In this document: piece after piece, positions 52,850-64,000 of the stretch
How positions within the stretch are numbered: position 1 is the stretch's first letter
Layout of the letters: every line of letters begins with the position of its first letter
Source of the DNA: Haplodiscus bocki
Taxonomy: Eukaryota
Direction: 5' to 3'
DNA: 64,000 nt
Assembly (NCBI GenBank): GCA_965655095.1
Contig: OZ296654.1
Span: 48,112,001-48,176,000 of the forward strand
Translations under genes and position numbers: made by a program
Notes under the pieces: generated by a model
The model's input: the letters and a program-made list of their open reading frames with translations, nothing else
Told to the model about the DNA's origin: nothing
Database searches by the model: none

Positions 52850-53580
52850 TTGGTTCTGTGGGCCACTCCTTGCTCTGTTATCGAACGTCCTAGAAAGTCT
52901 ATTTCTTGTACCCCAAGATGGTGTTTAGGCAAGCTGAGTTTCCGTTCTGCCTTTCTGTGACATTGAAAGACTGCTCGTAAGTTTTTGATCAACTGTTGAG
53001 GGATATATGCGGCAATACCAATATCATCAATATAATGTGCACATTGATCTGCTGTGATAACTGGATCAAGATATTCACGAATAAAACTTGAGAAGAACGT
53101 TAGGGAACGAATTGGTCCGTGTGCTAATCTACGGTTTGCAAATGTTCTGCTAGCAAAGTTAAATGCAAGCAGTTCAATTTATTGTTGGTCAGCTTTTTAA
53201 AGACAATGGTAGGCTTGGGAACAATCAAGTTTGCAAAACAAGTTTTCCAATGCCATGTGCTGAGCTGCGTCGATTAATGTACTGACTGGATGGTTATTAT
53301 TGATGTAGTCATTTTGTGTCAGGGTATTGACTTTAGGTAGGTCAACTAAGATACGTAGTTTCCCATTCAGTTTTCACTGTGCAAAAATTGCACTTGAATT
53401 TTTGGTGCAGGGTAGAGCTATGATGACGCGATACTTGTGTAGTAGGCCTACTTCTACCAAAATGTCATCTTTGAGTTTGATTGGGGCGAGAAGGCGTTGG
53501 CTGTTAGCGCTAGCATCCAGTGGTGTAAGTTGGACTTTAAACTTTCTTATTGACGATGTCAAACCGATGTCGTGCATAAA
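52850..53580 (-). pseudogene. pol: pol remnant: reverse transcriptase
   Basis: KLRILVDL, FCKLDCSQAYHCL, FNFASRTFANRRLAHG, YIDD at 53034-53023, IDFLGRSIT. Confidence 0.95.
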
Positions 53581-54289
53581 AGTCGTGAAAAATGGCAAGC
53601 AATGCTTCAGGGGCAAGCTTGGCCTCAAGTACTATTGTTCAGTCTATCTAATCGAAGTTGGTTGAAATTTGTGCCAGGGATTCATTATCGTTCTCTAATT
53701 TTTTCCAAATCGCGTAACTCGCGGAGAATACGCGTTTGTATGGGCATATGTTCCTTTTCTTTGCTTGATTTTTAGGTTTTGGGAACCAATAGGTTCCATT
53801 AAGTTCATCAGTTTTGGACGTTTTAAGAAGGTTGTTTTAATGGTGAATGGCGTCATCATAGATGTTATTTTAAAAATGTTTCACCGAAGTTGGGTTGACA
53901 GTTCTAAACTTTTTCGTTTGTTCAGGAATTAGTATCAAATAATTCGCTACGTGCAACTTTTTTTTTGAGTGTACACGGGTGATCAAGAAAATTTCTGATT
54001 TTCACCATCTGTTTCTTTTTCTTGTGTTGTTGAGCACCGGGCAATTAAGGAGGTCTTCAACATTTTTTAAGAGTTTAAGAGCAGCGAGGTTTGTATCATG
54101 CCTGTCGCTCGCTTTAATTTAGGTATAAAATAGTGATTGAACCGAAATTTTGGTTCGTTTAACCAGATGAATTATAGTTTCCAGTGGGTTTAATATCGGC
54201 TCCATAACTTTGGAAGATGTTCGATTTTCATTTTTCAGCTGCATTGAAAAGAAGGGAAATTTTAGCAACCCTTGACGGATATCGAGTTT

Positions 54290-54600
54290 TGTACTGTTGC
54301 GCTGAATGAAAAGCCGATCAAAGGGCTTTTGAGATTTGTCATGACTAGGTATTTCTTCTCAAAAGTAAAATGACCAATTTCGATTTGCAATTTTGTTGTT
54401 GCGATAGATGATTCTAATTGTCCATTGGCAACCATGATTTGGTACTCTGGTGGGGGGCCTTCGTCTAACATTGTATGTGGAGCTAATAATGGAACTTTGC
54501 ATAAGTCGGTTTCCGGAATGGCATCTGTCAAAGCGCCTGTGCCCATAAAGCCGTCGATGTTTAGCTCCCGTAAATTCATTGGAAAATGTAGCATAATGCG
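54290..54600 (-). pseudogene. pol: pol remnant: aspartic protease (catalytic D lost)
   Basis: IDGFMGTGALTDAIPE (DTG decayed to GTG), IMVANGQ, LIG, within ORF 54262-54780. Confidence 0.8.
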
Positions 54601-55259
54601 TTTGTTTTTCAAAGGTAGATTGGTTGATATTAGGCGGAACTTCGTGAATCCACGTGGAGATTCCTGGAGCTGCGGAAAGTCTTGGTCAACAATGACTGGG
54701 AGTTGCCCAATGTGGTTTGTGGTCCTGGAAGAAAACGAGGTATTGGTGATGTATCGGGTAAAAGTGGGTTTACTGTTCACAAATAAAATAATGCATACAG
54801 AAGTACATCCGATACATGCGACTCGGTGATTAGATCATATCTCTCAATTTGGTCATTCAGTTTGTTGTGGTTGTATGTACACTGTAGTTTCTCTTGATCA
54901 TATAGATTTGCATCCTAATAGGGGACGCAACCGTTTTGAGGGTCAACCAATTGTGGGTCGTGAGCAACGACTTCTGGAAAGGGTCTGAATTGATTATTGA
55001 AGTCTTCTGTGTAAACGTTTTTGTATGATGGAAGTGTTTTATGGATCATGTGGATGTTATTATCTCTGTCTTTGAATATGAACTTTTTCCATTTCTTGCT
55101 GCCAGACAACTGCTAGAGTTGCAGTTTTGTGAGTTCTTTGTGAATTGTTTACTACATTGGGCGGATCAGTAAAGACCTAATGTCTCACTGAAGTGTAATC
55201 CGACCCTTGGAGTTGTTGCTTCTTTAGCTCAAAAGATTTTTAAGAATGGACATAGGTCC

Positions 55260-56871
55260 CGTTTGGGTTGAATTTTTTTAATTCTGCCCTTCCATTGAGT
55301 TTTCCATTGGCTGGTCTTCGTTGAACCTTTCGGACCTATTTGCGGAATTAGGGAAGTCACAGCATTTTTCGGGAGGGTGATTCGTTCATTGACAATGTGG
55401 ACAAGGGGAAATTGGTTGGGATGTCGTGGGTTTCACGTCTTGAAGTGAAGGGTCAATTCTCTGTTTTTGTTCTTTCCTGATTCCTTGACGACAAACTCTA
55501 ATAAAGTGGCCTGATTTTTTTAATACAGGCATACAATCTTAGACTGTTTTTTTGTAGTTTATCATGTTAAGGTGTAGCTCTTTTTGTCGGTATATATATT
55601 TCGCCAACATTATCCAAGCCAATGAGTTCTAATTCTCTTTCAATATGTGTCACAATTTGGTCATTAGTATCATTTTCGAGATAGGCAAATTTAATTGATC
55701 GTTTTATGTGGGTTGGTAGTTCCCGGTGATGAGGCTGTCTATAATATGCTGTGCGTCGTTACCAATTGTTGAGTTCCTCCGAAAATTCGGATAGAAATCT
55801 CACATTGGGATCAAACGTGAGTTTGTGACATTTGTGGTTGGCAGTGCCTTGTGACTCTGGTTTATCGTTTTTTTCGTCGAAAAACATTTTAGATGTCCTC
55901 AAGAGTCTTTCTGTTTGGTGCACTGGTGTTTTTGAATGTCTCAATTTTTTCTTTCCGTAAGTGGGCGTAGAAGTGGTCGATTTTCATTGCCTCCGTCCTT
56001 GTTGGCTGAACTTGAAGCATTGTGTGGATTATATCTTCTAGGATTTCAAATTTTTCATTTTTTTCCATCGAAAACCAATGTGTTTGTGGATACTGGTTTC
56101 AAAATCATAGTTGCTTGTGGTAGTTGCTGGGATGTAAATCCCGCATTGGCCTCAGATAGACAGCTAATTGAATTGATCGAGACAGAGTTTTGATGTTTTT
56201 GTGTATGTTGAACTAATGGTAAGTTATTATTTTGTGATGCTTGTGTTGACAAAGTTTGATACTTGTGTGATGGGGTGTCGAGTTGTGTTAGAATTTGTGC
56301 GGTGGGAAACTCAGGGATTTGACTTGCTTGAGCTGTTTTTCCTGTCACCATGTGATGATAGTCGGTTCCTGGGACCAGAAATTCATCTAACTTGTCCGGA
56401 ATGCTTCTTGGAGCCTCATCATTCATACTCAATACACTGAGAGTGCTGTTCCTGTCAAATATTTATCGAAAAGGTCAGTATTTCCAAAATGTTCCCCACG
56501 TTCCGAATTCAGTGTAACACTCGTAGCGTCTCACCTAGAGGACTGCCAACTCCATTTTAATGGTAACGACAATATCAATGGCGGTCAAGAAAACGTTTTG
56601 ACTCCCATCCTCTACCGTGTCAACAATATTACCCATTTCCCTTTCAATCCATTCACTGGAAAAATGTTCCAATTTTAAACATTCATCGAGTTCTCATTAG
56701 TGGACATATTACTACTTTTGTTTTCAGAACCCGCAAAATTTTGGTCAAAATTACCTTCGTTGCAGGCAACAATTTGTTTAGTGCCACTGGCAGCGCTACC
56801 AACAAAAAACATCTTGATCATAGTCATCTAATTGGCTAAGGAGATTGTCCTATCAATCGAGTTGAAACCAT
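55260..56871 (-). pseudogene. gag: gag remnant with two CX2CX4HX4C zinc knuckles
   Basis: ATG at 56871; FDGKNEKFE, HKLTFDP, YLENDTNDQIVTHIERELEL; knuckles CLY*KKSGHFIRVC (~55490-55530) and CPHCQ*TNHPPEKC (~55360-55402). Confidence 0.85.
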
Positions 56872-57088
56872 AATTCCTATAACAATTGATTTGTACGTGT
56901 GAAAACATGAGGTGAATCAAGCAATAAAGTTCAAATTAAATAGCAACAATAATAAGTTTTAGGCAATTTTTGAAGATTTCTCAGTTTATTCAGCAGTTTG
57001 TGCAACTGTTTTCCAAATGTTTTTGGAGTTTTGAAATCATAATCAGGCAATTCCGGGTGAAGATTCCTCCTTTTGAATTTTTGTTGGT

Positions 57089-57099
57089 CAGCCAATCAG
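57089..57099. promoter_or_regulatory. CCAAT box (CAGCCAATCAG) in the element leader
   Basis: Identical to 44960-44970, at a similar distance from the gag ATG. Confidence 0.45.
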
Positions 57100-57707
57100 G
57101 GATTCCTCGTTGCTGTTGTCATGCCTGTAACTATATCTAAACATGATACATCAAAGAGATTATGCCGCTTTTAACATCACATCATTGTGAACTGTTTCTG
57201 AAAACAGCACCTCTTTTGTATATCAAAGTGGGTGACACCGAAAAAAAGAAGAAACATGCGATTTGGTTATTGCAAGCAAATAAGAAGTTAGAAACGTCAT
57301 GATAGAACCGAAGAAGGTAGAAGAAGGAGAAGGTAGAAACGTCAAGGTAGAATGGAAACATGATTTCTTGCATGAGAAAAAATGGAGGCGATATACTTGG
57401 TGAATCCAGAAGCCTCAATGGGATGGTTAAAAAGCATACCATATCATCTAGCATGGTTGAAATAACAGGTAAATTACTTGTCCTTAAGTCTCGTGTTTTT
57501 CCACAAATGTACATGAAAGTCGTTAAATGAAAAAATTAGTGCATTTTTTCGAGGCACAAATGAAATTATAGATTGTTCCCATGGGACTGATCAACATTCA
57601 ATTTGGGTGGTCATAGCGCAGTGATTAGTAACGTCTTTTGACCGACAAGTCTTTTTCAGGAGAGTTTTTATTGAAAATAGTCGCTGGTGGATTCGATTAA
57701 GATACTT

Positions 57708-57709
<2 letters not shown>

Positions 57710-57780
<71 letters not shown>
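57710..57780. repeat. (TA)~35 microsatellite
   Basis: Perfect TA run read directly. Confidence 0.99.
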
Positions 57781-57783
<3 letters not shown>

Positions 57784-58139
57784 TTACATATAAATAGCAT
57801 CTATAGCGTCGTTAGAATGGTTGTGGCCAAATCTGTCTCTTCATTGTCTCTTTTTCCTCCGTTCCGCTTTCACATAGAGGCGACCGCTTGCGGTGAACAA
57901 ACTGAGCAAAAGTAGGTCCTAGTGACCGAGTTTTGACCACTCGCTTGAAGGGCTGCTCGCTGGCGAGAAAATTGGTGGAGTTAATTATTTCGATCAATCA
58001 GGATTAGATAAGATACTGCGCGTCAATTGAACATTGTAAACTTTTGTTTGGACAGATTTCCAATTGATATCTAGCGCATTCATTGATAGTTTGGATTTTA
58101 TTACATTCATGTCAAAATTAATTTTTCATATGTATATAA

Positions 58140-61100
58140 ATGCAATTGGGAGAAAAACCCAACAATAGAAACAAAACTGTTAAACGCAAATAGAGTCCTT
58201 GAAATCTCCATTATCTCCAATCTCGCTAACATATAATTTAGAGAAGGCGAAACAAAAAGACATAATCTAAATCCTGTGAATCATATCATCCGCGACAACA
58301 TAATTTCCTTTAGCCCGACTTTCAAAATCATCATTCAAAAATTTTCAGATTTCACAGTATGGAACGAAGAAAAATTTTTTTAAATAAATAAGTTGACAAT
58401 CAAACAATTTCCATCCACAACCGCAAAAAGGAACAATATTAACTACAATGAAACGCAAAGTAAAACGTGTAAATAAACCTGCGGTGCTAAAGAGGCTAGT
58501 GGTGAAGGTTATGCAAAAGTTAACAAAAAAACCCAAATTTATTTTTGAAGAGTAAACAAGAAAACCTCAGTTCAGAAACAACTATAAGTGTCTTTGCAAA
58601 TGCTGAAACAGAAATTACTTAAAACCATGAACACTTACAGAAACACTTTCAATGTCACACGCGATTTTGGACATCTAATCGAAAAACCAGAGTATTTATT
58701 TATCTGTTAGAAAAATTGGAGTTTAGATTTCAAGGAGACAACAATCATGATCCGAGAACAACCTTGAAAAAAATTGAAAGGAAATTCCAAAAGCTGTTGG
58801 TCTTATATAGCAAATTTCGAAGATAATTTATTAGAATCTAAGCTGTACAAAAAATTTATTCAGTTCGCACTAAGCCTTGGAATAAAATCGCAAACTAGAA
58901 AGCATGCATCAGAGTACATAACTAAACCCAATAACATTTAACAGGAAACAAACAAGAACAGAATTGAAAGGTGAATGTGAGGATTAAAAAGACTCTTTTT
59001 CTGATACAAACAGAGGAAGTATTGACGGAAGAACATTTTACAGAAACATTAGTTGTCCTAAGAACCTAATTCCATCCAATCCTATTGATAAAAATTCAAT
59101 TTCTGAACAACATTTTGTTTTAATAGACAAAATGCCATAATATTTGGGAAAAAAATACTCATGTGAATATTTCTCACAGAATCTTTCTCCAAAAAACTTA
59201 ACCGGGTAAAGCAAAAGGATTCTTTACCAAAAAAAAGGCGAGTCACAATTAGAAAAAACCAAAACCACCTGGAGACCATCTTTCTGTAACTGACACCAAA
59301 AGGATTAGCTTCTGAAAGTAGAGATAAAAGTCACAATAATTCCTATCCCTCAAATGTTGCACGATCTACCTTATCTAAAGGAAAAAAATAGGAAAACTTG
59401 CCCTTGGGACCATTTATATGCATAATTGGATGTATACAATTCCGGAGAAGAATGAATAGAACGATTACAAAAATAGAGAAAAAAACGTGATCTAATGAAT
59501 GAACAAAACCAAATAACAGAAGAACGAGAGCAAGCTGAAAAATTGTTATGCAATTAAAAGAAGAAAGAAAACAAGTTAAACAAGGAAGAGAAGATCATCT
59601 AGCAAAAGTAAACAATGAATTTGAAAAACCGAAACAGAAAACACCTTATCACTTTCAGGAGCATCCGTAGTTCTAAAGAAATGCAAAAAGTTGATGATAA
59701 ACAGTGGAAAAAAAACCAAATATTGTTAAAGGCTACTGAAAGTTACGAAAAAATTTATTATTTAAGAAACTAACTATTACCTTTGAGTGAAAACCTTAGC
59801 TTCTACCACAATCTTTCCTTCAAAGAAACATTATTGGAAAACGTAGGTAGAAAAAAATCTTTTGTAATATTTGCGGGACCTTATATAACAAAAAACAAAG
59901 AAAAACAAAGTAAAGAAACTTCATTTGAATAACATAGAAGCATCCAACATCTTTTTGTTCAAAAAAAATCGGGGATTAAAAAAAAGTGTTTCAAATTTTG
60001 TTCTTCTCCATTTAATTGCAAAAAAATAATTAGTCCTTTGAACAAAACAAAACCTTCTATTACTACTTTATCTTTATTTTCCTTTTACTTCTTTGATTTT
60101 TCATACTTTTAGACAATCTAGAGCACCTATCTTGTTTGTTCATTATAAATATACCAACATTTGCTACAAAAAAACTAGCCCATTTTCCACTAACATTTTA
60201 AATTGCCATCTTTTTGAACAATTTTTTGTTTTATCACTTGTTTTTACATTTTGAGGAAAGTTTCACTTATCAACTTCAAATTTAAAGATATCATCCGTTT
60301 TTTGGGAGCAACAGTGGAGCAAAAGCAAAAACAATGCAGGTTAGTCAAGTTAACGCTAAGAATAACATTAACACATATACCAAAAAAGTTCTACGGATAA
60401 TGACAATGCTTATATGAATAATGAGACTATTTATCAGAATAATGGAAACACTATTCGGAATTACGGAAATCTTTCTGGAAAAAAAGAAGAAACTACTCGG
60501 AGTATTGATTAGTTTTCTCGTAATATTGAAATGTATATCTCGGAAAAAAAACGAAAATACTTCTCGGAATATTGGACAATATTTTAGGAAAAAATTCACT
60601 GGGAACAACGATTTTGCTTTTACCGGAAAAAAGTTTCATCAGAAGTACATTTTTGTTTTTCATATTCTACAAATTTAGAAATTGAGATACTTCTAAAGCA
60701 GATGGTCTTACAATGTGTAGATCTCTATTAGTAAATGTTTCTGTTAATTTTTTGGTATTTTTGTCTTTTAAATGTTTACTTTGTGTGTTATCTTCCACTA
60801 TGTTTTCTTTAATTCTAGATCTTTTTTGTTTCTTCCGCTTGTTTCTGTACCGATTCTTCTTACCGCTTCTGTTCTTTGTTGTTTTAGGTTTTGGTTTCAG
60901 GTTTTAACTTGTTATAGTTGAAGTTCTTCTTCTCTGTCTCTGACTCCATTCGTTTTGCCAATAAAACTGTTTTTTGTCAACTATTCTTTTCTCTTTACCA
61001 CGTTTGTTTCTTAAAAGCATTCTTGAAAATTTTGTTGGAGGTAATTCTAATTACCTAAGTTATTTGTTGGTTTTTTTAACCATTGCTAGGATTTTCTGGG

Positions 61101-64000
61101 AGGATAAGGTTGAAAAGTTTTTGTGAGCACCTACAACTTCTGGTGACATACATATTGTTTTTGCAAAGTGTCCCGGAGCTTAGCTTGAACTATAGCTGGT
61201 TGAAATGATTCCTTTTCTTCGATAAGAACATTGCTGTATGATAACTTTTGATAAATCGACTTCAATTTCCATGTTACTAATTATTTTGAGTTTGTTGGAA
61301 CAGAAGTTTTTTTTATTGCACTGCCATTTTTACTTCTAATTGCTTTTTTACCAAGACAAAACAAACAGATTGTTAATTTTTTGTGCTAAAAAAGTTTTCA
61401 ATAAACTTACTAATTCTCTTGCCTCGTTGGTATTTTGAAGACGTACAATGTTGTCAATTTTATTTTACACTAATCTTTAAACTGGATTGTTGAGAATTAG
61501 ATTCAATGAAATAAGATTCAAGGATAACAAAGATTTTCGTTCAAATTTTTTTTTGTTAAAATTTGTTTCTGTATTGTATCTTTAGCAAGCTCTTTCTTAC
61601 AGTAGATTTCCTGATTCTTCGGATTTACTATTAGCTTTTTTCAGTTAGGATCGGGATTGGACATGAAATCTGCAATGTGGTTCCCAACTTGGGATCTTAC
61701 TGCTGAGATTTCTACGGATTGGACAATTTTGGAAAGTTTAAATCGGACACTTCCGTTATACATGTTTGTAACAAACGTAGGACAATTACAAGATACAAGA
61801 GTATCATTAACTAAAATTGTAGTTATTGAAATACTGAAAGAACCTTGGTTTCAAAAAAGTACGTTGTTTGTTAAAAATTTTACTAATTTTTCAAGAAATA
61901 TATACCCCCACAACAAAGTCTTTGGTAAATTCAATAACGTTTGAAAAAAAGTCTTTTTTGAAATGTTCTTTTTGATATCCATTGGAAACAGTTTCTGGAT
62001 TTTTTTCAATTATTTCGAATCTATCTAAATCTACATTTAATAATTGGATTTATATACGAAGTGTATCTTCAAAATTCAGATACTATTCCTTTTTAGCTTT
62101 TTGAATTAGCTAGTTTTATCAAATTTTCGAAAAATCTAGATTTGAGCTTCCTTTAACAATTTTTGTTTGTGTTGCGTTTGGAAGTGTTTTTTCAGCTATA
62201 ATTTCAATTTTGTTTCTCTCCTATCTTTTTTTCTTTATTTTTAAATCGTCCTGTATATAACTATTAGGAAAGAGAATTTAAAAAATAATATTTTTTGAAA
62301 AACTTTTATTCAGTTAAAAGAGATAATGGTTGTTTGTTCATCCTTCTGTTTAGATCATGCAAGCCATGTCGGATATTTTCGAACATTCATTTAAGAGTAA
62401 AAGTATCATTTCTGAACTTTCGATCTAGTTTTGAACTTTCGTTTCATAAATGCTGCTAAGGCCTATATGCGAATATCTCCGGTTTATATTGTAGATATAT
62501 TGGTGGGGCTTTTGTTATTGAGTGCCCAATATATATAAAAAAAGAGAGATGTTTTTTTGTCATGGATATTGTTTTCTCGTTTTTACTTTTCGCTTCAATT
62601 TTTCAAATGTTCCTGCTATAAGACTAAATTGTTTGGCGATATATATTTCATCTAATGTTATTTCTTTCGAAAAAGGAGTTGCTTTCGTACGGTAAAAATC
62701 TTTACTGTTGCCTAATATTGCTTTTGAAATTTTATGTTCACTAAATTTTCCGTAACCAAAAGGTTTTAAAATGTCTTCTTTCACAAGACTGTGTTATTTA
62801 CCTTTGTTCGAACTTAGAGTAAATGTTTCTGAATAATTCTGACAATTTGGTGTCATGTTTCTCTTCTGTTTTCAAACCCTTGTCCCAAAAGTTTATGTGG
62901 GTAATATTTTTTTCTAAGTGAGCTTTTGTATTGTCGCAAGAGGATGTGTAATTTTCTTTTACTGTTAGAACGAAATATTTTGTTTCTGTGGCATATGTTG
63001 ATTTATTTTCAATTTTAATTATACTATTGTAGATCTAATTCAGTTTTAACATATTTATTAGATTAGATTTGGAGAAGATTGGTGTTAATATTCCATAATT
63101 TTCCAAGATCCTGTGGATAGATATTTTTCTCAATGTGTTATCTTAGATTTTTTATTGGCCAATTGTGTATTAAGGTTAAAATTACTTGTGGTTCTACCTC
63201 TATTGCAGTTAAATTTCTATTAGTTGAACTCAAATGTAATTTGATATTCCCAATGTCCATTTCCTTTTCAGTACATATTAGTTGTTCAATTTTCTTTTCT
63301 GTTTTTTTTCACCTATACCTGAATGTTTCTCTTCTTTGTTCCTTTGTCTCAAAGACGATGTTGAGTTTCTATTAACTTGAGATTTAAACCTAAAAACTTT
63401 TTGTTTCCTCTGAAGGTCCTAGAGATGCTGTTGTTTTTGTGGCACGAAAATCAAAAGTCTTGTTCTCATTTTTACCTACATTTTCTGATGAATCATATTT
63501 GATCGTAGCAAATTGTCTAGATTTGTTTCGGTAAATGTAAAATTTCTCCTGTTCCTGCGTAAAAGTTTTGTTGTATGTTTCCTCACTTACTTTTTTAACC
63601 TGTCGCTGTGTTGAAAACAAAAATTGTTTATCAGAAGAAAACCAATTAATTGCGTTGAAGATTTTGATTGTATCTGCATTTTTAACAAAGAATTCAATTG
63701 CTTCACCTGTTAAAGTATATTGAAAAAAAGATAATGGACATAATTTTTGTTAGTATTGTATATACAAAAAACGAGATTTCTTTTTACATAAATGATTAAG
63801 TTTTTTATTAATTAGATTGTTTTTAAAGAGGTTGGATGGTGTTAGGTTTTTAAGGCGATCTCTTTTTTTCTGTAATGAGTTCGTATGCTATTATTTCTTC
63901 TGTTTTGTAGCGGTGAAAGTTTTTTTCTAATTCTGATTTTCCTGTTTCTCTTGCGTTTTTATTTGCTTCGTTCAAACTTTTAGTCGGATTAGACTTGGAT
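58140..64000. other. AT-rich, heavily decayed coding-like region; possibly an endogenous virus-like (e.g. Polinton-like) relic
   Basis: An A-rich plus-strand block (to ~59.95 kb) meets a mostly T-rich block. Short K/E/N-rich frames, including a basic KPKPKTTKNRSGKKNRYRNKRKKQKRSR stretch on the minus strand (~60815-60900). No diagnostic motif found. Confidence 0.25.

Larger units (their letters stand above)
45752..57709 (-). mobile_element. Decayed ~12-kb Ty3/gypsy-type retroelement (gag-PR-RT-RH-IN) with ~4.1 kb extra 3' region; left end lost in the gap
   Basis: Domain order PR-RT-RH-IN on the minus strand is gypsy-type; many stops and frameshifts. The right end abuts (TA)n. Inclusion of 45752-50000 is inferred from adjacency and shared T/G-rich plus-strand skew. 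Confidence 0.8.

Noticed and set aside
57591-57800. ORF with YIYIYI repeat
   Set aside because: Translation of the (TA)n microsatellite.
60610-60645. LFSGKS on the minus strand as a Walker A motif
   Set aside because: Lacks the first glycine and any supporting ATPase/kinase motifs.

Overview
Eukaryotic (most likely invertebrate animal) repeat-rich genomic DNA; the species cannot be fixed from the sequence. (1) Bases 1-~31.3 kb are one head-to-tail satellite built on a degenerate 9-bp monomer (GTGCCAAAA), organised into kb-scale higher-order repeats. Nearly all ORFs listed there (VPK/SAK/CQK and LAL/FGT/WHF repeats) are artefacts of the 9-bp period. (2) The array ends in variant monomers, a (GATA)n tract and a ~330-bp module ending in hairpin+CTTGTT (Helentron/HINE-like). 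This end plus ~2.65 kb of flank, which carries a decayed leucine-rich-repeat coding remnant, is tandemly duplicated at ~5.9 kb offset; the second copy has only ~2.7 kb of satellite. (3) At 40.4-41.5 kb are the 3' exons of a minus-strand kelch-repeat gene, whose last junction restores kelch register only with a 35-nt GT..AA intron. A ~200-bp MITE lies just upstream. (4) At 44.2-57.7 kb are two related Ty3/gypsy-type elements on the minus strand, separated by a 200-N gap: a 5' fragment and a ~12-kb decayed copy (gag with two CCHC knuckles, PR, RT YIDD, RNase H, integrase). Downstream of its pol, in place of env or an LTR, lie ~4.1 kb of decayed, opposite-strand genes with short GT-AG introns. 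This is the best candidate here for an undescribed system: an ambisense retroelement with spliced antisense cargo. (5) A (TA)~35 tract is followed by ~6 kb of AT-rich, heavily decayed coding-like sequence of unclear, possibly viral, origin. Percent identities are visual estimates, not computed alignments.
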